A DNA stretch of 64,000 nucleotides from an uncultured Chloroflexia bacterium. GTDB lineage: Bacteria; Chloroflexota; Anaerolineae; JAAYZQ01. The notes under the pieces are model-generated. The model worked only from the letters and a program-made list of their open reading frames with translations, had not been told where the DNA came from and made no database searches. The position numbers and the translations under genes are program-made. Of the stretch, positions 37,349-47,088 are shown one piece after another. Within the stretch, counting starts at the first letter, position 1. Each line of letters begins with the position of its first letter. The stretch spans positions 96,001 to 160,000 of the forward strand of contig CAVOXA010000010.1 in the NCBI GenBank assembly GCA_963700285.1, in the 5' to 3' direction.

Positions 37349-39451
37349 TTAGAAACGCGCCTGCGTGACCTGAACCAGAACAGAGTGGGTACGCGAGCTG
37401 TAGCTGGGTAGCGTGGGCTCCGTACTGGTCAGGACATTGGGTGCCCCGGCCGTTTCGGTGCCATCCGGTTCAAAGGAGGGCCACACGCCCTCCAACAGAC
37501 AGACCACACCTGGCATGATGTCCTCGGTCACCCTGGCTTCAATGCGCATCCTGCCCTCAGGGCTGGAAACAATGACCTGCACGCCATTTTCTATGCCCCT
37601 TCTTGCTGCGTCGTCGGGGTGTATCCACAACGCCTGCTTCTCCTGCTCTCTAAACCAGGGGATGTTGTCATACTGGGAATGAACGCGATATCTCGGGTGT
37701 GGGGTGATCAGCCGCAGTGGGTGGCTGCCGGTCGTTCTGAACTCTCTAGGCTTGGGAAAGGAGGAATATCCGGTCTCAGCATAGTAGGCTGTCGAGGATA
37801 TCTCCACCAGGCCCGATGGCGTACTCAATGGCTGGCTCTGGGGATCGGCCACGAAATCAGAGAGCCCTACCCTGAACTGATCGGAGCCCTGATAGATGCC
37901 AGAACGCTTGAACTCCTCATAGTCAGGCACGTCCGAGTCCGCGACAAAACCCTCGAGCCATTCCTCAGTGCTGTTGCCTTCGGAAAAGTCGGATAGAAAG
38001 CCCAGTCTCTCTGCCAATTCACAAAAGATATCATAATCGTTCTTGGCTTCGGGCATGGGAGAAACTGCCTGATTGGAGAATAGCACATAGTTGCCGCCAT
38101 CGGCAAAGACGATGTCGTCCCTCTCCAAAAAGGTTGTAGTAGGCAGGACCAAGTCGCAATGGCGCGCTGTCGGCGTAAGGACAAAGTCATGGCAAACGGA
38201 AAACTCTACCTGGGCAAAAGCCCGCTTGTTCTTCTCGATATCGCTGCCCTGTATCAGCCAGTTGCCGCCGACGTTATAGATCGCCTTGATGTCAGCGGGG
38301 TAGCCGCCGCGCTGACCTTCGAGGACAACATCAGGCCAGCAGTATTGCGGCACGGTGCCCAGGACCGGATTAGAGGGAACCCCAATCCTACCCACGCGGG
38401 GGCCTGGCAGCTTGTTCCAGAGCGGGGATCCCGAAGACCCGCCCGGGCTGCCGAGGTTACCCGTGGCAACCTGCAGGGCAATGGCCATGCGGCTTGCTTC
38501 CTCCCCGCCGAGAGTTCGTTGAATGGACAATCCCGGGATGAGGGCGGTCGGGTGGGTACGGCCGTACTGCCGTGCGAATCGCACGATTGTGTCGGCGGGC
38601 GTGCCACAGATTGCCTCCGCCCATTGTGGTGTTCTGGCCTCCACGCCCGCATTGCCCAGAACGTGCTGCTCCAACTCGTCAAAGCCTAAGCTGTACTTTC
38701 TCAGAAAGGCCCGATCTACCAGGTCTTCTTTGAGCAACACGTACAGTACTGCCATCATCAGGACTGTGTCCATCCCAGGCAGGACAGGGATCCATTGGGT
38801 GCCCAACGTCTTTACTGTCCTCGACCGGCGGGGATCGATCACGATCACCTCGACCCCTCTGGACTTGGCCTCTCGGATGTGGGCCTCTGTGGCGCAGCCC
38901 ATGCGGGTATCGGCAATGTTCGCGCCCCACAGGACAATCAAGCTGGAAAAACGCAGGGTAGCCACGTCAATACCTGCCGGCGAACTCCCCAGGGCATATG
39001 GGACAGCAAAGCTGGCTGCCCCCATGCTGTAGCTACCTACGGTCTCGGTATGGCCGCCAAACATGTTCAGGAAGCGCAGGGTAAGCATCTTGGTATTGTG
39101 CAACGCGCCCCGGATGGAACCAGTTCCTCCCAGGCGGAGTAGCGCCTCGTTCCCGTACCTGGCTTTGATGCCGGACAGCCGCTCGGCTACATAGTCCAGG
39201 GCGTGGGGCCAGGAGATTTCCTGAAACTCGCCCGAACCCCTGGGCCCGGTTCTGAGCAGCGGTCTCTTGACCCGATCAGGGGCATACACGGCCCTGGCCA
39301 TCTGACGCCCCTTTTCACAGCCATGCATGGATGGCCCGGCCAGGGGGTTGTTCGTGATTCCCGTGATGTGGCCATCTTCGGTGTGGGCCAGCAACGGGCA
39401 CCCGCCGGTGCAGTCCAAGTTGCAGGTAACCGCTATCGTTCTTTTCGACAT
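37349..39451 (-). CDS. DMSO-reductase-family molybdopterin oxidoreductase, copy 1
   Basis: CNLDCTGGC...CEKG, GSYS ligand; colinear paralog of 35199-37298. Confidence 0.95.
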   Translation of the reverse strand: MSKRTIAVTCNLDCTGGCPLLAHTEDGHITGITNNPLAGPSMHGCEKGRQMARAVYAPDRVKRPLLRTGPRGSGEFQEISWPHALDYVAERLSGIKARYGNEALLRLGGTGSIRGALHNTKMLTLRFLNMFGGHTETVGSYSMGAASFAVPYALGSSPAGIDVATLRFSSLIVLWGANIADTRMGCATEAHIREAKSRGVEVIVIDPRRSRTVKTLGTQWIPVLPGMDTVLMMAVLYVLLKEDLVDRAFLRKYSLGFDELEQHVLGNAGVEARTPQWAEAICGTPADTIVRFARQYGRTHPTALIPGLSIQRTLGGEEASRMAIALQVATGNLGSPGGSSGSPLWNKLPGPRVGRIGVPSNPVLGTVPQYCWPDVVLEGQRGGYPADIKAIYNVGGNWLIQGSDIEKNKRAFAQVEFSVCHDFVLTPTARHCDLVLPTTTFLERDDIVFADGGNYVLFSNQAVSPMPEAKNDYDIFCELAERLGFLSDFSEGNSTEEWLEGFVADSDVPDYEEFKRSGIYQGSDQFRVGLSDFVADPQSQPLSTPSGLVEISSTAYYAETGYSSFPKPREFRTTGSHPLRLITPHPRYRVHSQYDNIPWFREQEKQALWIHPDDAARRGIENGVQVIVSSPEGRMRIEARVTEDIMPGVVCLLEGVWPSFEPDGTETAGAPNVLTSTEPTLPSYSSRTHSVLVQVTQARF

Positions 39452-39452
39452 A

Positions 39453-41945
39453 TTACACATCCTCTAACAAGATCCCCCGCCCTCTCCGTCTGCGAATCAG
39501 GGAACTGGACAGAGCGATCGCGATGAGGAGGACCCCAGCAAGCATACTAACCGCCAGGCCGGTGCGGAAGGATGGCGGGCTGTATCTGAACTCGACGGTG
39601 TGTTTCCCCTGCCGCAGAGGGACAGCTCTGAACAAATAGTCAGCCTGGTAGATCCGGTCCTCTCGCCCATCTACAAACACCTGCCAGCCGGGATAGAAAG
39701 TGTCGGTTAGCACCAGGAACCCATCCGCCTGAAGCTCGGTCTCGATCACAACCTTGTGTGGCGAGTACAATGCAATGTTGGGTGAGGGTGGCCAATTGCG
39801 GCTGACGAGTGGCAAATAAACATCTCCCGTACTTGGGACCGACCCAGGGCTCTCTGCTTTTGCGGCGAGCCGATCACCCTGGTCCTGCACTGGGAGGGGT
39901 TCCTCCTCCAGAATGACACTACGGCCTGGATCAAAGCCCTCACTCAGCAAGCGGCTCAGTACCGCCTGCTCTAAGGGAATGACTTCCACCTCGTAGACGA
40001 CAAAGGCTCTGGGCAGGACCGATTTGTTCTCATAGACCTCATGACCCCCACCGGTGTAGGCGCTGGTATAGCCCGGGAGTTCGGTTCCCTTTTCCACGAG
40101 CGCATACTTGACCCCAGCCAGATTGCGCAGCGTCTCACTTTCGCCCAGGGCTTCGAGGAATACCTCGTATCGCCGCAGGGCCAATTGAGAGACATGGCCT
40201 TGAGCGCTATAGAGACCGTAGGCAGTGGCCATATCCTCCAGGAGGTACTCCACCATGTCCTCGCGGCCAAGAGAGAACACCCGGTATAGGCCCAGATTCT
40301 GTTGCAGGAAGCCTGTGGACCCGGTCTGCCGTGCATAGTACGAGCCCTCGCGCACCGGATTGATGGCAGTTCCTCCTGCCAGTAAAAGGTCTACCACAAT
40401 CAAACCAACCAGCAGGATCTGAAAGGCGGGCGCCTTGATCCGCCTCTTGTTCCAAAGGCAGATGAGCAGGAAACCTGCATTGCTAAAGAATACAAAAAGC
40501 AGTACAGGGTTCAGGGACGCCAGCGTCATACCCGGGTTGTCCGAGAGCTGAATCAGCGGGAGCCGGATGAGCCCGCGGACCAATATCAAGATCCGCCCCA
40601 GCCACTGTTCGGGAACCAACCCAGTCCCCAGGGTTTCGAGACGCTGGGCCACTTGTTGGCCAAAGGCCACTCCCGTCAGCAGCATCAGGGAAAAGGCCAG
40701 GTTCAGCCAGCCCAGTATTCGCCAAAAAGAGGAGAACCGGCTGGATTCCAGGCCAGCGCGGTCCCCTACCAGGGCATCATAGCCATAGCCGGCCAGGACA
40801 GACAGGGAAAAGGTAACGGTGAGCAACCATCGAGCCGGCACCCGAAAAAAGTTAAAGCCGGGCACATGGACCAACAAACCGTACAGGGGGGTGTAACGCC
40901 CCAGGGCAAGCAGGAGGGAAAACCCCGCCAGCAGGGCAAAGAAGGTCACGTTCCTGTCGTACTTCCGCTTGAGCCAGGCCCAGGGAACCAGCATCAGGGG
41001 CAAAATGCCGACGTAGCCGTGCAACTCTTCAAAGAGCCCTTCCCCTTTGAAACCGATAACCGGATTGCCATGGATGCCTGGGAAGAGAAAGGTCAGCGGG
41101 TGGTAGGGAGGAAGGGAGAACACGGTCATCATGCCATGGCTCAAACCTGTGGCCCGGAGCGAAAGCGCCTTCAGTTCCCAGGTTGGAGCAATCTGGACGG
41201 CGGCCAACAAGAGCCCGGCGGCAACGGCCAGGGCCATCAGAGACAGAAGGATGGCTGTCCCTTTTCTCTTGGCCAGGGGGGTGGTTTCGGCATCCCGCCA
41301 CAGACCATACAGCCAGAAGGCGCCATAGGCTCCCAGAGCGAGCAGGGTATAAAAGACAACCTGCGGATGGGACGCGAAAACCTGGAGGGCGATGGCCCCA
41401 CCGCAAAGGATGGCATACGACAGGCTCCTGGTCTCAAGCGTCTTGACAAAAAGAAAAAAGACCAAGGGCAGCCATACGCTGCCCGTCATGATGGGCAAAT
41501 TGGTCAGTTGGGCCATCATGTATCCGCTCAGAGAAAAGGCAAGCGCCATGATGAGGGCACCGACCCTGCTGATCCGCAGCCCGCGGGCCATCACATAGCT
41601 GGCGACACCCGCCACGACAAAATGGGCAACGACGAACCAGCTCAGAGAGAGATGCGGTGACAGAGGAAGAAGGAACAGCAGGTTCAGTGGATTGAGCGCG
41701 ATCACGTCTTGATCCGCCAGTTGGGGGAACCCAAACTCGATAAAAGGGTTCCATAGAGGCAACTGACCTACGCCCAGCAGACGCCCCTTCAAGACGCCCA
41801 GCGGGTAGTGGATCATGACCACGTCCCTGTAGTAGAGCGTCTTGTCCAGCAGGAACAATTCAAAGAAGGAGATGACCGGCAGAAAGAACAGCAGGAGCAG
41901 GACCAAGAGATCTTTGCGGTCGGGCAGCCTTTGTCGCCAATCCAT
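39453..41945 (-). CDS. YfhO-family membrane protein (GT-C type)
   Basis: GQLPLWNP..GFP, HPQ, YVGILP, FFRVPARW, PRAF, LTDTFYPGW, FRYSP. Confidence 0.92.
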   Translation of the reverse strand: MDWRQRLPDRKDLLVLLLLFFLPVISFFELFLLDKTLYYRDVVMIHYPLGVLKGRLLGVGQLPLWNPFIEFGFPQLADQDVIALNPLNLLFLLPLSPHLSLSWFVVAHFVVAGVASYVMARGLRISRVGALIMALAFSLSGYMMAQLTNLPIMTGSVWLPLVFFLFVKTLETRSLSYAILCGGAIALQVFASHPQVVFYTLLALGAYGAFWLYGLWRDAETTPLAKRKGTAILLSLMALAVAAGLLLAAVQIAPTWELKALSLRATGLSHGMMTVFSLPPYHPLTFLFPGIHGNPVIGFKGEGLFEELHGYVGILPLMLVPWAWLKRKYDRNVTFFALLAGFSLLLALGRYTPLYGLLVHVPGFNFFRVPARWLLTVTFSLSVLAGYGYDALVGDRAGLESSRFSSFWRILGWLNLAFSLMLLTGVAFGQQVAQRLETLGTGLVPEQWLGRILILVRGLIRLPLIQLSDNPGMTLASLNPVLLFVFFSNAGFLLICLWNKRRIKAPAFQILLVGLIVVDLLLAGGTAINPVREGSYYARQTGSTGFLQQNLGLYRVFSLGREDMVEYLLEDMATAYGLYSAQGHVSQLALRRYEVFLEALGESETLRNLAGVKYALVEKGTELPGYTSAYTGGGHEVYENKSVLPRAFVVYEVEVIPLEQAVLSRLLSEGFDPGRSVILEEEPLPVQDQGDRLAAKAESPGSVPSTGDVYLPLVSRNWPPSPNIALYSPHKVVIETELQADGFLVLTDTFYPGWQVFVDGREDRIYQADYLFRAVPLRQGKHTVEFRYSPPSFRTGLAVSMLAGVLLIAIALSSSLIRRRRGRGILLEDV

Positions 41946-41959
41946 GAGAAGGTATGCGT

Positions 41960-42376
41960 TCAGTTGCGCGAGAAGCGGATCTGCCGGAACTGCTCAAGAA
42001 TGCCTGGCCTGTCTTCTTCAGGCTCGTCCTTATCCCATACCCCGGAGGCCAGGATCCGGTCCAGGCGGCTTGTGGCTTCCTGCGCGGCATGGGCAAGCTC
42101 GGCACAACGAACCGGCGACAAGAGCAGAACCAGCGAGCCCATCTGAAGCTCGCAATCCTCATCCAACCGGCTGGTGACGCGCAGATCTTGATCGCAGAGG
42201 GAGATGGGGGGCAGCGCAGTCACGGCTTCCTCCAGTAGACTGGCCAGGCGCCTGAATTCGTCTCTGCCAAGGCGCACAGTAACGCGCCCCCAGGTCAGGT
42301 GGACAAGGCCATGGCGACAAGCCGTGATAAAGTGTTGGTCGTCGAGCTGAGTCAGCCGGACAAAATTGGGCGTCAT
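41960..42376 (-). CDS. Hypothetical protein
   Basis: Plausible codon usage, GAGGGG RBS, ACRHGLVHLTWG motif; fills the gap co-directionally with YfhO. Confidence 0.7.
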   Translation of the reverse strand: MTPNFVRLTQLDDQHFITACRHGLVHLTWGRVTVRLGRDEFRRLASLLEEAVTALPPISLCDQDLRVTSRLDEDCELQMGSLVLLLSPVRCAELAHAAQEATSRLDRILASGVWDKDEPEEDRPGILEQFRQIRFSRN

Positions 42377-42680
42377 CGATACCCCTCGCACCCTTTGATA
42401 AGCTCCCGTTGGTGATCCATTCTACCTCAAGTCGGCCCAAGTGGCAAACCTGTTCCTGGGTGACAGGCAACGGCGGTGGAGCGAGAGAGGCTGGAACCTT
42501 CGACACATGCTGTATGTCGCCTACACCCAACGTTGAGCGGGACCATAGACCCTTTGCCCACAGGAAACCCACGTCAAACTGATGACAGCGAGATTGTTTT
42601 CTGATACACTGGTAGCATCAAGCCACCGGCAATGGTCGATAGACCTGCTAGAATCTGACCAGAACAAAGGAGGATGCTCG

Positions 42681-42932
42681 ATGTCACTCGACGATTTCTA
42701 TCTTGCGGGGCGAACGATGAACCTGCATGTCGCGGGAGAGCTCAAAGATGCCGAGGCCAGTCGCCTGGCAAGCGTCGCAATGGCTGGGCGCGCGCCCCGC
42801 CGTCGCTTCTGCCGCGGCGTTCTGGCCTGGTTGGGCTATCGCCTGATCGCCTGGGGACAAGGCTTGGAGGACCACTACAGCAACGTACCCTCAACCCCTG
42901 TGTCTCACTCTGCCAATCACCTCTCGACCTGA
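42681..42932 (+). CDS. Small hypothetical protein
   Basis: Strong AAAGGAGG RBS; ...LAWLGYRLIAWG..L motif. Confidence 0.7.
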   Translation: MSLDDFYLAGRTMNLHVAGELKDAEASRLASVAMAGRAPRRRFCRGVLAWLGYRLIAWGQGLEDHYSNVPSTPVSHSANHLST

Positions 42933-42962
42933 AGCGACGATCACCTGGAAGGAAAGGGGCCC

Positions 42963-43397
42963 ATGCAGCGGCGCATCCGAGTGCTGATTGCCGATGATCG
43001 TCCTCCCTCCCGAAATGGCCTGCGAGCGCTGATGGCGAGCTGGCCGGCCGTTGAAGCTGTATATGAGGCGGCCGACGGCCTTGAGGCCCTACAGCTCACG
43101 GAGGACCTTCAGCCCGACGTGGTGCTGATGGATGTCCGGATGCCCGTGATGGATGGCCTGGAGGCGATACGCTTGCTCAAAAGCAGGTGGCCGGACATCA
43201 AGGTCATCGCCCTGTCCATGAGTGATGGGTACCGCGCCGACGCTTTGACCGCGGGGGCGGATGGGTTTCTGACAAAAGGGTGCCCGACCAAGGACCTGCT
43301 GGATACAGTTTCCCGAATTGGGGAAACCAGTTGTGGCCCGAAGGGACGATCGTGCCTGCTCGTCCCTCGGTCCATTTGTATTGCCTGCCCCCCTTGA
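42963..43397 (+). CDS. Stand-alone receiver-domain response regulator (NarL-like REC, no HTH)
   Basis: IRVLIADD, VVLMDVRMP, GADGFLTK; short C-tail. Confidence 0.88.
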   Translation: MQRRIRVLIADDRPPSRNGLRALMASWPAVEAVYEAADGLEALQLTEDLQPDVVLMDVRMPVMDGLEAIRLLKSRWPDIKVIALSMSDGYRADALTAGADGFLTKGCPTKDLLDTVSRIGETSCGPKGRSCLLVPRSICIACPP

Positions 43398-43423
43398 GCG
43401 GCGCCAGTCGCCCTGGCCCAACC

Positions 43424-46060
43424 CTACAGAGTCACCCCAAGATGGTCTGGCTCTAGCAAGAGATCGAGCAAGCGCAAGCAGTTGCTCTTTGTATCCTCCC
43501 CAACCTCGGCCACTGGCCCGACGCACGAAGGGCAGCCTCGCTGGCAGCGACAGGCACGGACCAAATCGCGGGCTGCCAGCAGCAGCGTCCCGTGAAGCTG
43601 GTACAGCGCCTCGCTAAAGCCCAACCCGCCCGGCGCATTGTCATAGATGGTGATGGTGGGCTGTTTGGTGTACGACGATTTGACCTCACTCACCACGCCA
43701 ATGTCCCGGGGGGCGCTCATCAGGTACAGCGGCGCCAGGTGGCGGACCAGATGGGACAAACCACTCAGCGTACCTCGCACCATGCGGTCCACCTCCACCC
43801 GGCGGTGGCAGGAACGGCAGAGGGTCACCAAATTCTCCAGCCGGTTGGCCTCCAGGTAGCGATCGTTCTGATCCCGCATGTAACCAAAAGTACGGAAGGG
43901 TTGGATATGGTGCACATCGTGGGCCCGGTTGGGGCGCTCTGCCGCCCCACAGTGACGGCAGACGTGACCATCCCGCGCCCGGGCCTGGTTTCGTTGTCGC
44001 TCCCAATTGGGCCCCCGATCGTCCCGCCCCATGTTGAGCAGCCCCTCCTGTTCCAGTTGGGCCGATAGCTCTGGCATGATGTTGAACCAATAGGCCGTCG
44101 TTTCCATCTCCTGTTCGGGAATGCTCTCGGGATGGATCTCACCCCAACCCAGGATCTCGTGGGTGTACAGCCGCACCTTCTTGTAGGACGTTGCCTTGGA
44201 CGTCAGCAGCACCTGACCGTGGGACTTGAGCGCTACTGTACCCGCCATCTGCTCGTTCACATCCATGACCTGTACATTGACCGACAGGCTGGCTTGGGTA
44301 TAGTATCCGGCCTCGACCGGTTCTACCTCGGCACGGCGTCCCTCCCAGTCCAGTTTTCTCACCTGGTAGGACTCGCCACCGTGGATATAGATCGCTCCCT
44401 CGTGGATCAGCAACGGCACGCTCTGCCGGTCGACCACACCAATCGCGCGACCATGCTCCCCACCGATGCCCCCTTCCTGCGAGGTGTCCACGACCACAAA
44501 GTTGTCCATCTCGGCCGCGCGCAGGCTTATGGCTTCGGCAGGATAGCTCTGGTCGGCCCAGTGCCATTGCCCCCCGCTGTGGCGCAAAAGCCCCTCCTCC
44601 TCCAGGAAAGCCAGTACCTCCTGGGTATGGGGAAAGCGACCAAAGGCCTCGTCCTGGGCAAAGGGCAACTCAAAGGCAGCGCAGCGCACGTGGTTGACGG
44701 CGATGGCCAAGTTGTCGGGATTGAGCAGCGCCTGCTCCGGCGACCGCCCGAAAAAATAGTCGGGGTGGGTAACAATGTACTGATCCAAGGGTGATCCGCC
44801 AGCTACCAGCACGGCAGCGGAGGTCTCGGAACGGCGGCCCGCCCGCCCCGCCTGCTGCCAGGTACTGGCGATGGTACCCGGGTAGCCGGTCATGAGGCAG
44901 GCGTCCAGGTGACCGATATTGATACCCAGTTCCAGGGCATTGGTGGCCACCACGCCCAACACCAGGCGCTCGCGCAGCCCCCGCTCAATCTCGCGCCGCT
45001 CCGACGGCAGGTAGCCGCCCCGGTAGCCCTGGACCTTCTTGGGGTCCAGCCCATCGCGAGCAGCCGAGTCCCGGAGGTAGGTGAGCAGCACCTCAGTAGT
45101 CAGACGGGCGCGGGCAAAAATGATGGTCTGGATCCCAGCCTCTAGAAATCGTTCGGCCAGGAGCCGGGTATCGCTCACCGCGCTGCGGCGGATGCCCAGT
45201 TCGCGGTCCACAATCGGCGGGTTGTAGAACAAAAAGTGCTTCCCACCCTGGGGCGAACCATCCTCCTCTTGACCCACCAGAACAAAGCGATCCTCGGTCA
45301 GGCGCTCCGCCAGCTCCAGGGGGTTGGCGATGGTTGCCGAGGCACAGATGATCTGGGGTGAGCTGCCGTAGAAAGCGCAGACGCGCTTGAGCCGGCGGAG
45401 GACATTGGCCACGTGGCTGCCGAAAACACCCCGGTAGGTGTGGATCTCGTCCAAGACTACGAACCGCAACCCCTGGAAAAAGCCCGCCCAGCGGGTGTGG
45501 TGAGGCAGAATGCCAGTGTGCAGCATGTCGGGATTGCTGATCACGATCCCGGCTGTTTTCCGGATGCGCGGCCGAGCTCCCTGGGGCGTGTCACCATCGT
45601 AGGTATGTACCTCAAGCCGGGCGCCGGGTTGCTGCCTGGCTGGCCCGCTGCTAGAGGGAGGCATCGCGGGAAGGCGCTCCAGCGCACCCTTCAATCCGCC
45701 CAGCTCGGCCAACTGATCCTGAGCCAGGGCCTTGGTGGGGAACAGGTAGAGCGCCCGCGCCGAAGTATCGGCCAGCAGTTTGTCCAGTACCGGCAGGTTG
45801 TAGCACAGCGTTTTGCCGCTGGCAGTGGGAGTGACAACAACCACGTTCTTGCCGCGCAATGCGGCCCCCACCGCCTTGGCCTGGTGGGTATACAGGTGCT
45901 CAATGCCGCACTGGCGGAGCGCCGTCACCAGGCGCGTATCGATCCCGGCCGGGAAATCAGCATAGCGCGCCCGACGGGGCGCCAGCCGCTGCCAACGGGT
46001 GATCCGCCGCGCCAACTGCGCATCGTGCTCGATCTGGTCGAGTACATCCTCTAGATTCAT
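43424..46060 (-). CDS. Hrq1/YprA(MrfA)-type DEAH helicase with DUF1998 C-terminus and inserted HNH domain
   Basis: LYTHQ, TPTASGKT, DEIH, SAT, ATNALELGI, QQAGRAGR, PGGLGFS, CRCQRGCPSC. HNH insert CRHC...DVHH...NL.TLCRSCH at about 43790-44015. Confidence 0.93.
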   Translation of the reverse strand: MNLEDVLDQIEHDAQLARRITRWQRLAPRRARYADFPAGIDTRLVTALRQCGIEHLYTHQAKAVGAALRGKNVVVVTPTASGKTLCYNLPVLDKLLADTSARALYLFPTKALAQDQLAELGGLKGALERLPAMPPSSSGPARQQPGARLEVHTYDGDTPQGARPRIRKTAGIVISNPDMLHTGILPHHTRWAGFFQGLRFVVLDEIHTYRGVFGSHVANVLRRLKRVCAFYGSSPQIICASATIANPLELAERLTEDRFVLVGQEEDGSPQGGKHFLFYNPPIVDRELGIRRSAVSDTRLLAERFLEAGIQTIIFARARLTTEVLLTYLRDSAARDGLDPKKVQGYRGGYLPSERREIERGLRERLVLGVVATNALELGINIGHLDACLMTGYPGTIASTWQQAGRAGRRSETSAAVLVAGGSPLDQYIVTHPDYFFGRSPEQALLNPDNLAIAVNHVRCAAFELPFAQDEAFGRFPHTQEVLAFLEEEGLLRHSGGQWHWADQSYPAEAISLRAAEMDNFVVVDTSQEGGIGGEHGRAIGVVDRQSVPLLIHEGAIYIHGGESYQVRKLDWEGRRAEVEPVEAGYYTQASLSVNVQVMDVNEQMAGTVALKSHGQVLLTSKATSYKKVRLYTHEILGWGEIHPESIPEQEMETTAYWFNIMPELSAQLEQEGLLNMGRDDRGPNWERQRNQARARDGHVCRHCGAAERPNRAHDVHHIQPFRTFGYMRDQNDRYLEANRLENLVTLCRSCHRRVEVDRMVRGTLSGLSHLVRHLAPLYLMSAPRDIGVVSEVKSSYTKQPTITIYDNAPGGLGFSEALYQLHGTLLLAARDLVRACRCQRGCPSCVGPVAEVGEDTKSNCLRLLDLLLEPDHLGVTL

Positions 46061-46205
46061 CGAAGCCTCACCACCCCAAAAACCCTCGCCTGGAGTCTGG
46101 GGTGCCGTCAAAGATCTACGGGCGATCGATGCTGCACATCCCACCGAAAGCAGGATCTGCCAAGAGACCGGTGGTCCCGTCATCCTGGAAGGCGCTGATG
46201 TCTCG

Positions 46206-46234
46206 ATTATAGCCCAAGGCGCAGCCCTGAGCAA
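46206..46234 (-). promoter_or_regulatory. Sigma70 promoter of helicase gene
   Basis: TTGCTC-17-TATAAT on the minus strand. Confidence 0.55.
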
Positions 46235-46384
46235 AATCAGGCCGTCTCTCGATTTCCAAAAACCGGCCAACTGGGGTACAATATGGGCTGCTCGAGCCCA
46301 TTACACTGGCACCCCGGAACGGTCCAGGCGAGAACCTGTAGCCTGGATCAATCGACCAAGCAGCACAAAGGGAAAGGACAACTC

Positions 46385-46675
46385 ATGACTGACAAACTGC
46401 CATACGGAGAGGATGGCTACAAGATCATTGCCCGGGTGATCAAGCAGGAAGGGCACTGTGTCGCCGGACACCAGGTAGGCGACACCGTCGTCTTTGAGGG
46501 ACAGACGATACAGGGCCAGGTCTGCATCCACGCGCTTTACAGCTTCCTGCCCAAGGTGTTCGCCCTGCGCTATGGCGCCAACTTTCCCTGGGTGGACGAC
46601 CTGGACGTGGCGACCCACGCCTGTCCAGACGCCTTCAACCCTGTAGTCTTTGAGCTGGAAAGGGTGCGTGAGTGA
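46385..46675 (+). CDS. TIGR04076-like small Cys protein
   Basis: GHCVAGHQVGD...CIHAL...ACPD...VVFEL; GAAAGGA RBS. Confidence 0.82.
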   Translation: MTDKLPYGEDGYKIIARVIKQEGHCVAGHQVGDTVVFEGQTIQGQVCIHALYSFLPKVFALRYGANFPWVDDLDVATHACPDAFNPVVFELERVRE

Positions 46676-46965
46676 CAGCACTCTGCCTCAAGTGCGGCAG
46701 CCCCGCCGAGAACCGCTTTCGCCTGGTGATGGGCCGGGGCCGCATGGAGCGCCTGTGCCCCCCTTGCGCCGATACCCTCTCGGCGTTGGTGCGCGCGGCG
46801 GGCGACACCTGCCAGCTTTCCCTGGCCGATGAACGCTTTGTCACCTGGCTGGAGACCGATAGCTGGCAAGCACGGGATGGGCGCTCCATCGGGATTGAGG
46901 ATCTCCTGGTTGGCTGGCACGGGGCCGAGTGCCCCTGCTGCGCCACTTTTGCCGAGGAAGAATAG
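46672..46965 (+). CDS. Small Cys-rich hypothetical protein
   Basis: CLKC, CPPC, CPCC; GTGA overlap with upstream stop. Confidence 0.7.
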   Translation: MTALCLKCGSPAENRFRLVMGRGRMERLCPPCADTLSALVRAAGDTCQLSLADERFVTWLETDSWQARDGRSIGIEDLLVGWHGAECPCCATFAEEE

Positions 46966-47088
46966 CCACCATCCTCCCGCGGGTTGTGACCCGGTGTGTT
47001 CTGATCGATCGTGGTGGCTGGCTGCCCCGGTCTCAATTGCCAGGTAGTACAAACCCGCGGGAGGATAAGTCGAGGAGGAGCGTGATCT

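Noticed and set aside
43790-44015. HNH insert as an intein or intron-encoded homing endonuclease
   Set aside because: No Cys/Ser start, His-Asn end or splicing blocks; it is short, in-frame and has host-like codon usage
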